From Phoronis australis (Eukaryota > Animalia > Phoronida), in contig NMRA01000140.1 in assembly GCA_002633005.1 (NCBI GenBank), positions 496,001 to 560,000 of the forward strand: DNA of 64,000 nucleotides. Reading direction: 5' to 3'. Below the pieces are notes generated by a model that made no database searches, was not told the origin of the DNA, and saw only the letters and a list, made by a program, of their open reading frames with translations. Shown in pieces: positions 40,028-53,800 of this stretch (its first letter is position 1; every line of letters begins with the position of its first letter). The position numbers and the translations under genes are program-made.

Positions 40028-40175
40028 CAATAAATCTATTACTGGACTTACAGTATGTAGAGATGGCTACGTTGCGACCTCCTCTCGAGGACATCATGTG
40101 GCCTGATGAAGTCCTCGAGAGGAGGACGCAACGTAGCCATCTCTACATACCGTAAGTCCAGTAATAGATTTATTG
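40028..40175. repeat. Near-perfect ~65-bp-arm inverted repeat containing a hammerhead-like motif (Penelope pseudo-LTR type)
   Basis: Arms caataaatctatt...ctcgaggac / gtcctcgag...aatagatttattg. The + strand at 40099-40139 reads uggc-CUGAUGA-a-guccu(cgagagg)aggac-GCA-ACGU-A-gcca. Confidence 0.85.
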
Positions 40176-41533
40176 TTTCTTATACTATGACCCAACTGGA
40201 TGACTGAAAACTTTCATAGTAAATCTTGGCAAAAGTCGTAGCCATAGATAACCCGTATTGTAGGCACACAATTGCACACTTGCCCTGGTTGAAAATTGGG
40301 AAAGTGCTGTGATTTGAAATAAGACTACGATGGAAATTACATTTACTAACTGGTAATGTCCAACTAAGAGAGCTCAAATGTACTATTTATTAAAATGCAA
40401 AAAAGTGACGCGAATGTGTTTCTTTTAAATTATCAATTGCACATATACGTGCCATGTTTTGGTGGAAGAGTTGGAAAGAAAAGATACCACCAGGTGCAGT
40501 TGTGTTAAACCATAAACTTCTAAATCTTTTTTAGAAAATTTTCTTCATAGTAGTAATTACAGTTATTGTAACTCTTTGATTTCTAATTGTCAGTTGATAG
40601 CTTACCCATCAGGAGATATGAAATAAATTAAACAAAACCTAACCACACTCAAACAACACTAAATGAAAACCCATTTCAAGTGCCTAAGTATGAACATCGG
40701 GTACAAATCAACTTTCCATTCTTGAATCTTACTTAATAGCACTCCGTATCACCAACGTGAATTGAAACAACACGAAATTGATGAGTGGTCTTCAAATTAC
40801 ATCACAGATGACATAGTGTGCAAAAAGATTCCATGTATGATGGATACCTATAGACTATTCCATTCGCCCTCGGCGGTAAAGTTACCTACCCTTTCGCTAG
40901 TGCTGAACACCTCTGGCATGTTCTCAGTAGCTCAATGGAGATGAGCTGGGTAATCACAGAATGGCAACATAAGAATGGCAGCCTGCTTTGAATGGTTCAT
41001 AGAAAGATCAATAATGTGATTGGAAACTTTTGTTTGTGTTTTACAAAATAACAACGAATGCCCACCACTTGACCACATCTAATTAATATATTAACCATAT
41101 TTGTCAGCAAGCACTATCCGATGACAATCAAGCACATGACCATGGTACTTGAACACAACAGTTGCAATAAAACAATATTTTAACTGAAGATCACTGCTAA
41201 GTGAGGCTATTCTGTGATCAGACCACTCTGTGTCCTGTGCACTAGGTATAAATACAGTGATTTTCATAAATGAAATCCATTGCTAAATGATATTTTTCAT
41301 AACTAACTTTTTTACATAAGATGGCAATTGGGTGCTCAAATTAAGCTATTGCATTTAACAGGCTCAGACTAATGGTTTATACTGCTGCCAAAGCAACCCG
41401 CCATTGATTAAAAGTAACAACAGTTCGCTCTTGATGAACTTCCGCATATTCCATACATTTGTCAAAGTTACGTTCAAATTAAAGTGAAATGAGAATTAAC
41501 TGTTACAGTAATACAATGGAGAATAAGTTGAAA

Positions 41534-41576
41534 ACCTGCTTTAGGCCCAGTCACACTGACTGGGCCTAAAGCAGGT
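41534..41576. repeat. Perfect 20-bp-arm hairpin in the probable anoctamin 3' UTR
   Basis: acctgctttaggcccagtca-cac-tgactgggcctaaagcaggt. Confidence 0.9.
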
Positions 41577-41896
41577 GACTTAAAGAACTAATAATCTGAG
41601 TAAGAATGCTGTGGACGGTGTCACAATCGAGGAGTATTTTAGGCCAAAGTTGCCTGCTTCCATTCGTAACAAGGGCCCTTTTTGAATTTTTGTTGACTTT
41701 GACGAGAACATCAACGTCATGAGATATCTACAGTACGCTACAAGCACTTACGAACATTTTCAAATTGGTTGTGCAGCAGAACCAAGTTACACTGTGAGAA
41801 ATGTAGTTACTAAGTTGAAACAGACACACCATCTCCTCCACCACAAGATGGCGCATGTGGCGCCGGCCCAGCCCTCGCTAGTCAACAACTACAGGT

Positions 41897-44800
41897 CTAG
41901 GGCACGGTCAATTTGACAGCACCATCAGCATCGTCATCGTCTTCAATACCACGCGCCAACTGGAAGAACACAGACAAAGGTAACATCATGCAATGTTGTT
42001 ACGCTTGAACAGCTGTTTTTGTTTCCAAGTTTAATTGTACTCAACCAGGCCACATGTAGATGGGGGGTGGGGGGGGGGGTTGCTAACCACATCCTTCATG
42101 ACAAGTACCAGACAAAAGAGGTCCCCTGACCAGTGAAGCTGGTTGAGTTCACTCCGTTGTAACCATGACACAACAGGACACACCACACACACACACACAC
42201 ACACACACATGCACACCAATACATATGCACCATTAGGCACCAAACACATTATATTTCCATTATTCTAAAATATAGTGCCGAAGTAATAACACAAACTACT
42301 GCTTCCCCACAAAGCTGTAACGATGAGTCATTCTAGCTGCTCTGATGGTGAAGTGAGCTTATACTTTGTCACCAAGATGGGGAATACCTGGGGTAATGTC
42401 TGGTTGTACAGACCAAGTGAAAGTACTGAATGGAGTAATGTTGCTGTAGGCTATACTCAAGATGCCTCGAGGAAATGGTCAATATTTGTTTTTCATTTGA
42501 CCACTTAATATGCTTATTTCTCTGATTTCTTATTACAATTAGATTGGTATATTTCTCCTGCTCTAGCCATCATCACTCACTCACTTTGTTTACTTGGTCA
42601 AACAAGTTCGTAGATTCTGCATCCTGTGATTGGTAAGTTTTTTCACAAACGGCAACAACTATCGTGGAGATGGCTTAAAAATATTTCATGGCTATCAAGG
42701 TAAAATCAGTTAAAACAAATGTCACCATATAGTGTTTTAGTCAGTTAGGGGACAGTTAAGTGTCAATGGCCGTATAGCACATACAAGCAAACACATATGC
42801 AGAAAATAAATTATGAGTTGTTACTGAACTTACTTGGGATGAAAGGACAACATCTCGCCAAGACTGCTGGTTTTTTCAAGCCAGTGCGACCACTGGTGGA
42901 TTCGGTCGAACTTGAGAAAATTGACGGGAAACTTTAGTAGGGACAACATTTTGACTAAAGTTTCCCACCGATTTTCTCAACTCTGACCGAATCCACCAGA
43001 GGTTGCACAGGCTTGAAAAAGCCAGCAGATGCTGGCGAAATATTGCCCTTTCATCTCAAGTAAGTTCAGTAACGACACTTATAATTTTCTGCATATTACA
43101 CTCATACTGAATGAGTCATAACATACATCGATTTACAAGCAAACACACTTTCTCATTCATAACTAGTTGCAACAGGGTATATTCATACAGTCACTACGTA
43201 CATCACTGTAACTTACCAACATGACAGTCTCTGTGTCGGCCAGAGCCTGTTTAGCCAGGTATCTCTCACGTTTGATCTTAAGCTCCAGAGACTCGGGAAC
43301 GTCCGGCACAAGTACATCAATGAGGCGACAAATGAAGAACACAACATGCTAAAACAAGACACAAACACAGTTACGGTAAAATCTCATAAATTTCAAACAA
43401 AGATAATTATGAAAAATACCTGTTTATCATTTTTCAAACGCTTCTAACATTGTTGGGAACGCCAACAATTTTTCAAAACTTTATCTGGTGGCAGTCATGG
43501 TACAAATCTTGAGCTTGGAAAAGCATTTGTGCCACATGATAAAATAAAAAAATCAGAAAGTGAGTGCTTTGCGAGTTTGCTCGAGATCTTACTAGCACAT
43601 CCTAGTAAAGTGGCGGCCACTGATGTGTTTGGTCGGTGAGGTTGGAATGTTGAATTATGGGATAGAATTAGAATTCACCGTTTCTGTTAGATAAGATTTC
43701 TTACTGCAAATGTTTTGCATGTATGGAATGCCTGCCATACCAGTTAGGGGTTGTGACTACAGCATAATAAAGCCAGAATATAATACCAGCGTTTACTGCA
43801 GATAGGCACATCTTTACTATATACCCAACGGATGCATACAAAGTGAATTTTCCACAGATAGCCCCAGGGCGTAAAAGCTGCATGGTTTAACCCTAAAACT
43901 TTCCCCGCTGTTTCACAGGAAATGGACACCACACCTGTAAATTTTAAACAATAAACTACCACAATCACCCATCTACAATGATGCGTAATAACTGTTGGTT
44001 TCAATTTGCGCGGCAGTTACAGTATTAATACACCTGAGTGTATATTCATCACTTCCTAATAAACTTGGATTTGACTTTTGGTTCCTATACCTACATTTTC
44101 TGAATGTGCAACCCTGACTTCTCAGCAGAAAACTGCGGTACACACAAATTCACACCAACTATTACAGAGTAAAGAATTATGTTCACTACCGATTTCAATA
44201 AATCTACAATTAGTTTTAAAAAATACTAAATTTTAAAAACGTGAGCTCGTGAAAATTTAGGGTGGAAGCAAACTCGGAATTTCATGCATTTAACTGAGCA
44301 TCGTACCTCAAAACAAATAACAAATGCAAGTCTGAGTGCAAGTAAATGCCAGTAGAATAGGGTCAGGTTGCCCTCTTTGTCTCGGAAATCTTGATACCTG
44401 GAAAACGAACAATAATACAATACACCTCTTAGTAAACAATAATACAATACACCTCTTAGTAAACCAGAATAAAGAAATAAATTCATCTCAAAATTGACTT
44501 TCATATTTACAAGGCAAAATATTTACAAGGCATTTCGATGGCTTGGGCTTGGACACAGAGTGTAAAATATCCTTTCAATAGAATGCCTGTGAAAATTTAG
44601 GGCAAAACCTAAAAATGTGTTTACTTCCAGTAATCTATTCAATTGTTGTATTAACATTTTATTTTTTTTGTAAAATAATCTCTTGATCTTAAAATCACGT
44701 CAATATTGTCATTTAACTACTCCTAAAATCTGTTACTTGGAGGGATATCCAATACGCACTCAATATGAAACTCATACATAGCCAAATAGGAAGTGACTTG

Positions 44801-47800
44801 GAACCATGGTGAGACTTGGCACAGTGACAAAATGAGTGGGGCTGCTGGTGCGTAAGTGAAAAGTGAAACCTAAAATAAGTTAAATGGGTACGTTCCAAAA
44901 TTAGTTTTAGTACGCCCCATGCCCCTAACACAGTACACCCACTTGTTTACTGTGTCCCCTTCAAGGGTTGTTATTTGCCTCTATCTTAGCACCTGGTCTC
45001 CCACAACTTACCTGCACTCATGTGTCAGTGTGCCCGGCGGTGAGTAGGCCAGTGTAAAGTTGGTATAACCCACGAGATTCCAGTTAAACTGGTACTGATA
45101 TAACAGCCGAGGAAGGAATTCCGACGTGAACGCAATCAGGAACGCCTGAAAAAGCAGGGCAAAATAAGGGCAAGTTCTTTCAGAGGTATTAAGTCCAGTC
45201 TTGGCCAAGACGGTTGGAACTAACATTTTAATTGGCACAAACTTCATCAATGTGCTTGTGAATGTGCTTGTTAAGTATTCAGAACATGAAAAAGTCAAAC
45301 TTAAACATCAGTTACAACCTTCTCAGCTGACTGGACCAACAATTCATTAAGAGTTATTACAGACAACAAACTGAGTTGCCTTACTTGATGATATAAACTT
45401 CACATACTGCTGTATTGTAACGCCCAGTGACATCTATTGTAAAATACTACTTACTACCTAGTGGCAGTACTAACATTGTCTACATACTGTGAACCATCTC
45501 TATATAAAATGAAAGCAATGCCTGTTAATTGGAAATAAACCAGTGACATGCTCCGCAGAAACTTTCCAAAGCCAGAAAAATATTAGTTAATAAATTAAGA
45601 AATTTACCAGCAAGAGCAAAATGCTGCACATATGTATATTATACTAAACAGACACCAAAAACAAGTCAGACTTTAATTGAAGAGTAAAGCATAATCCAAA
45701 TAAGAAGTCACTCTCATCTCCACTCACATTACTGATGACCGCCAGTTGAGCGAGCGAGTCCAAAATGGAAAACCACACACCAATATCTTGAGCCCTGTCA
45801 GCCACTGGTCGCCTCGTCTCTGTTACAAATTTTGATGAGTCTAATCGAATCTCAATCCAGTTGTTTAGTAGGGCAAAAAATGGGGCCAGTGGAAAAGCAG
45901 CCACAAAAATGGTGATGAAGCCGAACTGAAGCACTGAAATGAACAATTACAAAAATTTATCAAAAGTTATATTAACTAAAGATTATCTCCAATCTTATTT
46001 ATTGGCCTCCATTCTAACTCGTATATCAAAAAAACTAAGCTGTGTCAACTAGTAAAAGTATTTATTTTCTGAAAGAAAAAAGACCAAGGAATATAAAATA
46101 TGTTTTGTATTCCATTTTTGTGAAAACTTTCACTTGAAAACTTCACCAGTTACCTCAAAAACGGTGTTAGGAATTTTCAATTAGTCTTTTCGTTTGGTTT
46201 CTATGACAAATCAAATTGCAAAACATAAGGAATTTTTGTAAAAAAATGGAAGTCGTCATCATCTCTGTTACATTACGCTAAAACTAGGCCTTTTTATCTA
46301 AAATCCTAACAGCGTTTTTCAGACTGACAAATAAATATTAAGTTTGGAAAGTTTCAGCGAATTCCACCAGGTCGTTTTCGAAAACTCGTGTTCCTAAGTT
46401 TTAAATTCGATTTGCTGACGCTGAGAAAACTGGGACAAGTGAAAATCTCAAAGTCTTCGGTTAATTATTCGGTGAAAACTCGTTTTCGGTAAATATAACC
46501 TCTCCCAAAGGTGGTTCTGCTAAACCTTTTTTCTCACTTCACTGTATATAATTTTATTTTGTATTTGAAGTTCCCTGAGAATGATAATAAGGTATTTTGC
46601 TAGAGACGTGAAATATTGTAAAACCAGTTTTTGTTAATAAGGTTTGGGATATCCTTAAGCGCTACATCTGCAGACCTATGGCTTCAAAGATAAAATAATT
46701 GCGGAGTGGTATATTAAGCCAAAAACTATGAGCTTCATTCTGACCACGGTATAACAATTTTTCAATTCATAGAAAACAGTCTTGTTTAGAACTCGATATA
46801 TTTTAAGACTCAATTTTTTGCAAAGATTCCAAATTAAGTCAAAATATTCAACTTGCCACAGTGTGAAAAGGTCTTAAAACTTATTAACTAGTCGGTGCTT
46901 ATTATAGATTAATTCTTTGTTTAGTCAACATTTGAGGCATTTATTAGTCAGATTTAATCAGAAGTTATTGCACGAGTACCATTTCTATAACTTGGAGTAT
47001 TTGTTACACACAAAATGTTTATTACAACCTCAGTTCAAACAGCCACACTTGGTTCTAGTTTCTCACTGTTCCTTAAAATGTCATGAAGAGAGATGAAGAC
47101 ATTTTTCAAGTGGCTTTGTATTTATTTGGCATACTTTTTGGCCGTCACATTCCAGCCTCATTCTCTATGGTTAGCTGGATATTCATGTTTAATCCTTGTT
47201 CAACCTAGCAAGAATTGCACTATGCCAGGGCGTCACCAACATATCTAATTAGAATTTTGCCAATAAGGCTCCAAAAAGCATAGTTAGTTCTAGTCTGTAC
47301 CCTGAGCAAGCTCATGATGGACCTAAGTACAGGTGAAAATTCAAGCCAAAACCCAATTACATTTGTGAACTGAAACGCAAGTTTCAATTACCCCGTTCTC
47401 TGCCAACACAACAGATAGCCATTTGGCTCAGCTACCAACAGTCAACAGGCACCTATAGTTTTATGACAAAATTATGTGTCATGTAGGATTACATACTAGG
47501 TGACCAAGCAGCCTAAGCAGCAGGACTGAATTCAATGGGCTATTGTGTTCTAATTAGCTAATTCCAACCCACGGATGGTCATCATCTGACGGTCAATTTT
47601 CACCTGGACTGGGTTCCTCATGTTGAGACCTCTACTCAAACACTGACTAAAAAAAAGCAAAAAATATGCCCGCCAGTGATTTTTCAAAATGCTGCATAAA
47701 GGCACGTGAGCAAGGGTAAGCAAGGTTTTAAAAGCCATGATTTGATTTGCCCACCAATGAATAAAAATCCAGCATCATTTTTGCTCATCTCTGGGGATTT

Positions 47801-50800
47801 TCTTTTTTGAAAGAATGAGCAACTAAAAATACCTAAACAATGACACGGTTTCCAAAAACACCACAGACCAGAACCATGACATGCTTTTTTGGCTTAAACC
47901 ACATTTGTGACACACAAATTATCTTTTTTAATAACTCTAAATTAACGGATTAAAACGGACTTAACGGGCAAACCATAAAGACTCTATTGGCCTAATGTCA
48001 TCCAATGGTAATGGTACCTTCAAGCTTCTTCCTGCTTCCAAGTATCTCAGATAGCCAGCCTCACACCAGTAACTAGTGACATCATGTTGAGGCAGTAATT
48101 TACAACATTTCCCTACTCACCCGATGTGTACCATTATCAAAACTTATTCCTGCCTTTTGTGCCATTTGAACTGAACACCACGAACATATGCCAGAAGACT
48201 GACCGTGGGACCAAGGGATTTATGAAAACTATACAAATTCACCCCAAATACGGTATTACAACTTTAAGTGAATGTATTAGTTGCGTAAAGAAAGGCAGTT
48301 CAAAACTTTACCCATTTCCAAATATTCCTGAAATAATCCTTCATTTTCAATGAGCTCATAATCTTCCTCCCACCTGGTCTTCTCCGTTGTTTTTCTTTTA
48401 CCCATCATTTTTTGATGAACCCATGTTTTTAATTTTCTGAAAATCAAAATCACAAAACAGTAATACCCACATTCATCTTAAAGTTGCTAATCCTTGTCTT
48501 TAACAATTTTTGATAATTGGTTTTGAGTAATTCGAAATTGAAACTGGAGAAAGTTTTTACAAAGTTTCAAATTTTGTCCACAAACACGTTGAGGTCATCA
48601 CATCAAATTGCCAATATTTCAGACTTTCCTGGGAAAATCAGTTGAACTCTTCTAGACTGTTGTAAGAGAATACAAGGTCATGCAGCTTCAAGGATTTTTA
48701 TACACGATTCAATTCAAAGTACGACATACCAAGAATTTGGTTTAATGTCTCATTCGCCAAACTTGGGTCCACCAATTATAATGCAATACAAAAGTATCAG
48801 AATTTTTAGCAGTTCATTTACCTCTGAAGTGTGTTTACACAACAAATAAAACAAAACTAAACTTTATTAATCTGAGGAGTAACAGAATGAAACTTAAAAG
48901 ACCGCAAAAAGCAGTGTAAATAGTTCAATGAAAATAAGAGTTTTGCAAAACAATTTATTTGACTACCTCCTCTTAGTTTCTAACACTGAGATAATTCATC
49001 ATGCAATAAAGCTTAATAAGATTTGGCGACGCGTGTATTTCATGATGTGTTATAATAATTCAATCAATAAGACAGTTGACAGACTTACGGTATAATTAAC
49101 TCCTGCATGTTATTAATGATCTGTTTTCCAACCATGATTATGGCCAACTGCTGAGCCAGCTCAATCAAACAGCCACCGTTGCTGCACTGAAATGGTTAAG
49201 AATACAAAGTTAGAAGTGAAGACCACTATGGGATAGCTCAATAATTTAGGGCACAATATGGCTGACAAGTGATGTTTTATTTTTTCACTTTTTGCCAAAG
49301 TAGGACTAAACAAATGCTATATGATTTTTAGACATCAATACCACAGCTGCTATCAGACAATGATTCTGGAAAATTGTGGCCATTCCTAACAACATTAAAA
49401 GCCCATGAAAAAGTCTAATTTTGGCAAATCTTTTTGTCCGAAATTGGTTCAATTTACAGTAGGACCAAACACCTGAGAGAGAAACACAATCACAGTGACT
49501 ACAATTTCAAAAACAGTTGATTGATTTTTTAAATGAGATCAAACTCACTTGTTCATTGCGAAGACCAAATATGTGATTGTAGTTGCCTGGGTAACCAACA
49601 AACCTGAAATAAAGTTACAGAATTGATTAAAACCTGAACAAAATTTCACATACTTACTTAACTACTACTTGATTTTTCATAACATAAGGGTTTGCAACAG
49701 GGAACAGCTATCATTAATTGGTTTAAGCCAGAGTCAATTTTTTGCATAATGTTGCTTATAAATACAGTATATTGATTACATCATCTTAATAGATTATTAC
49801 CAATGTTCCCCAGAAGGGGTAATTAAAACTTTCTTGCGGTTGTGCACATTTAAGAGAATGTGCTGAACAAGGACGATCATACAAAGTCAAGCTTACAACG
49901 TGGCAATGTTGTTTCATGATTTGATTCTTATTTCAAAATAAATTAAACAAGAGCAACGCAGAGCATTGAAATGCGCCCACAATTGCACCGTATACGGTAT
50001 CCTTCTAGGGTTGTTTAGTGGTACCATAAAGTGGCCAGTAGAGGGCATATATGTAGTACCGGTATGTTGTACTTTGCAAAATGGAAAGGCATGGTCATTG
50101 TCTCCTCAATAGGCTAGGTTTCAAAATGTGAGTGATCTTCATAATACAAGCACATCCTATGCATCACTTGCTTAAAGCACCACAGAAACATATAATTAAA
50201 AACAAATTTACCAACATACGAGATTAGCACAGCATTAGAATGCCAGAAACAAATTTCTACTTGGAACTTTTCCTTCATAGTCAAGAAGTAACACAAAGTA
50301 TACACCTGAAGACCTATGAAAATACAGAGGTCAATGTGAAATACTTAAATTGCCACTAGAGGCATACCGGTAGTCAGAATCATCCTAAAGTCNNNNNNNN
50401 NNNNNNNNNNNNNNNNNNNNNNNNNNNNNNNNNNNNNNNNNNNNNNNNNNNNNNNNNNNNNNNNNNNNNNNNNNNNNNNNNNNNNNNNNNNNNNNNNNNN
50501 NNNNNNNNNNNNNNNNNNNNNNNNNNNNNNNNNNNNNNNNNNNNNNNNNNNNNNNNNNNNNNNNNNNNNNNNNNNNNNNNNNNNNNNNNNNNNNNNNNNN
50601 NNNNNNNNNNNNNNNNNNNNNNNNNNNNNNNNNNNNNNNNNNNNNNNNNTGATGTTTTATTTTTTCACTTTTTGCCAAAGTAGGACTAAATAAATGCTAT
50701 ATAATTTTTAGACATCAATACCACAGCTGCTATCAGACAATGATTCTGGAAAATTGTGGGCATTCCTAACAACATTAAAAGCCCATGAAGAAGTCTAATT

Positions 50801-53800
50801 TTGGCAATTCTTTTTGTCCAAAAATGGTTCAATTTGCAGTAGGACCAAACACCTGAGAGAGGAACACAATCACAGTGACTATAATTTCAAAAACAGTTGA
50901 TTTTTTCAATGAGATCAAACTCACTTGTTCATTGCGAAGACCAAATATGTGATTGTAGTTGCCTGGGTAACCAACAAACCTGAAATAAAGTTACAGAATT
51001 GATTAGTGAACAAAATGTCACATACTTACTTAACTACTACTTGATTTTTCATAACCTAAGGGTTTGCAATAGGGAACAGCTATCATTATTGGTTTAAGGC
51101 AGAGTCAATTTTTTGCATAATGTTGCTTATAAATACAGTATATTGATTACATCATCTTAATAGATTATTACCAATGTTCCCCAGAAGAGGTCATTAAAAC
51201 TTTCTTGCGGTTATGCACATTTAAGAGAATGTGCTGAACAAGGACGATCATACAAAGTCAAGCTTACAACGTGGCAATGTTGTTTCATGATTTGATTCTT
51301 ATTTCAAAATAAATTAAAAAATCAATCCAATCCATAAGAACAACAACAATATGGAAACAATGCTAGAGTCTTCCACAATCATATTCAAATTCTTGTAAAA
51401 TCGTGACTGGGGATGTATTACGGAAAGCAAATTTCTTACATTAAGTTGATAAAGAACACGCAAGACCATGCAAAATAAGGTGTTGAGTCAAAAGTGAATG
51501 CTTTGCCAAGTAAACCAGGGATGTCACGTACACTAGCAAAATGGCTAGTCCTGCGATGAGACGCCTGCAAGTCTATTGATTCAGAAGTTGACTTATTGGT
51601 CAAAACCACTACAATGAGTCTATGGAAATAGTAGTAGTGCTCAGTAGTAGTGTGTAGTAGTAGCGTCTTTTTCACTTCATGTCATATAAAATACAAAACT
51701 AAAAATCCAGTACTTAGCGAATTAGGATAGGCCCTGTGAAGGACTTTACAGCCGGTTGACCCTGGGGCTACCCATAAATTATACAAACTAAACAAAAGAT
51801 AGTAAATGTGGCGAACAAATTATCGGACAAGACAATAAAATTTTCACTCATAAACAAAGTTTAATTCTTATTAACAACAATAACAAGTTGAATTACTGGA
51901 GTAAAAATGCTACAATGATAGAGTTTATAGAAGTTGAATTGGAAGAAAAAAAACGCTACAATTTCTAATTCGTAAGCCAAATGCATTCTCGTGACGTATG
52001 TTTCGCGGAAATCTTGTGATTACAGAATGTAGCATGCTCGTGTAACTTGTAAATATCGGGACTTACTTCCCCTTAAAGAATCCAATATAAAAGATGGATG
52101 AGTAGAAGTTAACGAACTGAAATATGAACACCTTGAAAGTCAGCTGGTCTTCAAACTCCGTCTGGGTACGATGCATTTCTGAAACGACATGACGGGTTTC
52201 GCTGTTAAATTTTCAACGATTTCATTAATTAACAAAAATTTGTTGCAGGCATTCATTCACGTTAATATAACCCAATTGGAGTTCCGTTTTTTCAAAAAGG
52301 AATTCAAATTAGGTACATGTAGTTGACAAGAGTGTCATGCACAAAAGGGACTTGAAACTAACATACTTGTTCAAGAACATTAGCAGGACTTTTCAAATGC
52401 TAGCAAGAAACTTATTCGTTCAAACAGGTGCAGTCTAAAGACACTATTAAAGGGACACTAAGCCCAGTTTTGATGATTTCCACCTATCCTCGTTCTGTCA
52501 CCTGCTAATTCATCATTGGCGTCAATCTTCCAAGTTAAAGGCAGAAGTCAAGTAAAAACTCATACTTCCTATGTCACAGGTTGGACATTACGGTCCTTGG
52601 TGGGTGGTCTTTTCTTACAGTTGCCATGTAATTTGCTAAGACGTGTAGGTCACGCTTGCTTGTTTAGTAGACATTAAAAGGAGTTTTCAAATTTTCCTTC
52701 AAACTTTTGCGGGTTGTCAAGGGTTAGAGAGCATTATTTCGTTTCAGAGAATTAGATGGGAAAGTTGTTTTTAGTATTCTATTATAAGATCAAAACCAGG
52801 TTTGGTATCCTTTTAAGCAATTTAGACTGCTTTTAAACAAATCGTTCGCGTAGATGCTGCAAAGATTTGTGTATTGTGGTAGCAATCGAATAGGCAGTTT
52901 AGGAAAAGTGAAGGTAAAAACAACTGAAAGTAATCAACCACTACCCAGAAATAAAACAGAAGTCAACTTATAAGGCAAAAGTATATTTTGGACTTCTTCA
53001 GTGACCCAAAATGAATGTAGTGAATTAAATTTCGTAAAAATTGAACACAAGTAATTCGATTCTTCGCTTAACTCGAACAAAATTTAACGACACAATCGTC
53101 TTAGTTTATACATGTACTCGAACTATGATTTTGCCTAAAATCTCGATTTGGTTAGATTCAAATTACACACAGTTTGACTCATAGTTACATGGTTATTGAT
53201 AAATATATCACTCAGCACAAATCAACAAGATCAACATTGAGTACGTACCCCACTGTGTCAGTTTAAGCGCCAATTTTTCGTAGACTCTCCCTAGCACCAT
53301 GATGAAGATCAAGTTGACACATGCTGATGTGAGGCTAGCTATCAACATCGCGCGTGGCCGGAAAAATTGGTTTTGAAACAGTGGGATGGCTATGAGCACG
53401 CGATAGAGTATGACAGCAACGATGAATATGAGGACGAGGATTATCTGCAATGGATTGTGGGATATCGGTCAGACAAGCAGAATGAAACCAACCAATCAAA
53501 CCGGAGAATGTACAACTACGGTAAAATCACACCAATCTACGACATGATATGGCCGACAAGAGAATATTTACTTTGATATTCTCATTGTTTCATAAAAGAT
53601 AAATAGCACCAAATAAAGACTTTATCATTTTTAAAGATTTAAACAATAGCTACCATCAGACAGTGATTCTGAAAAATTGTGGAAATTTCGTAACAATGAT
53701 AGAATTTGAAGCTATAAAAATGAAAAAGACCATTTTTGGCAAACACTTTTGTTCAGTAATAAATTATCAAGACTTTACCTTTTATTTGCAGCCAACAAGA

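Noticed and set aside
41800-41899. Stop-codon readthrough of anoctamin (a TGA-CTAG lies nearby)
   Set aside because: The true stop is TAG-ACC. The TGA CTAG is a second stop five codons later, so there is no support.
48312-48436. Suspected frameshift in an A-rich anoctamin exon
   Set aside because: A careful recount gives an open frame ([41 protein letters not shown]) with correct phases.
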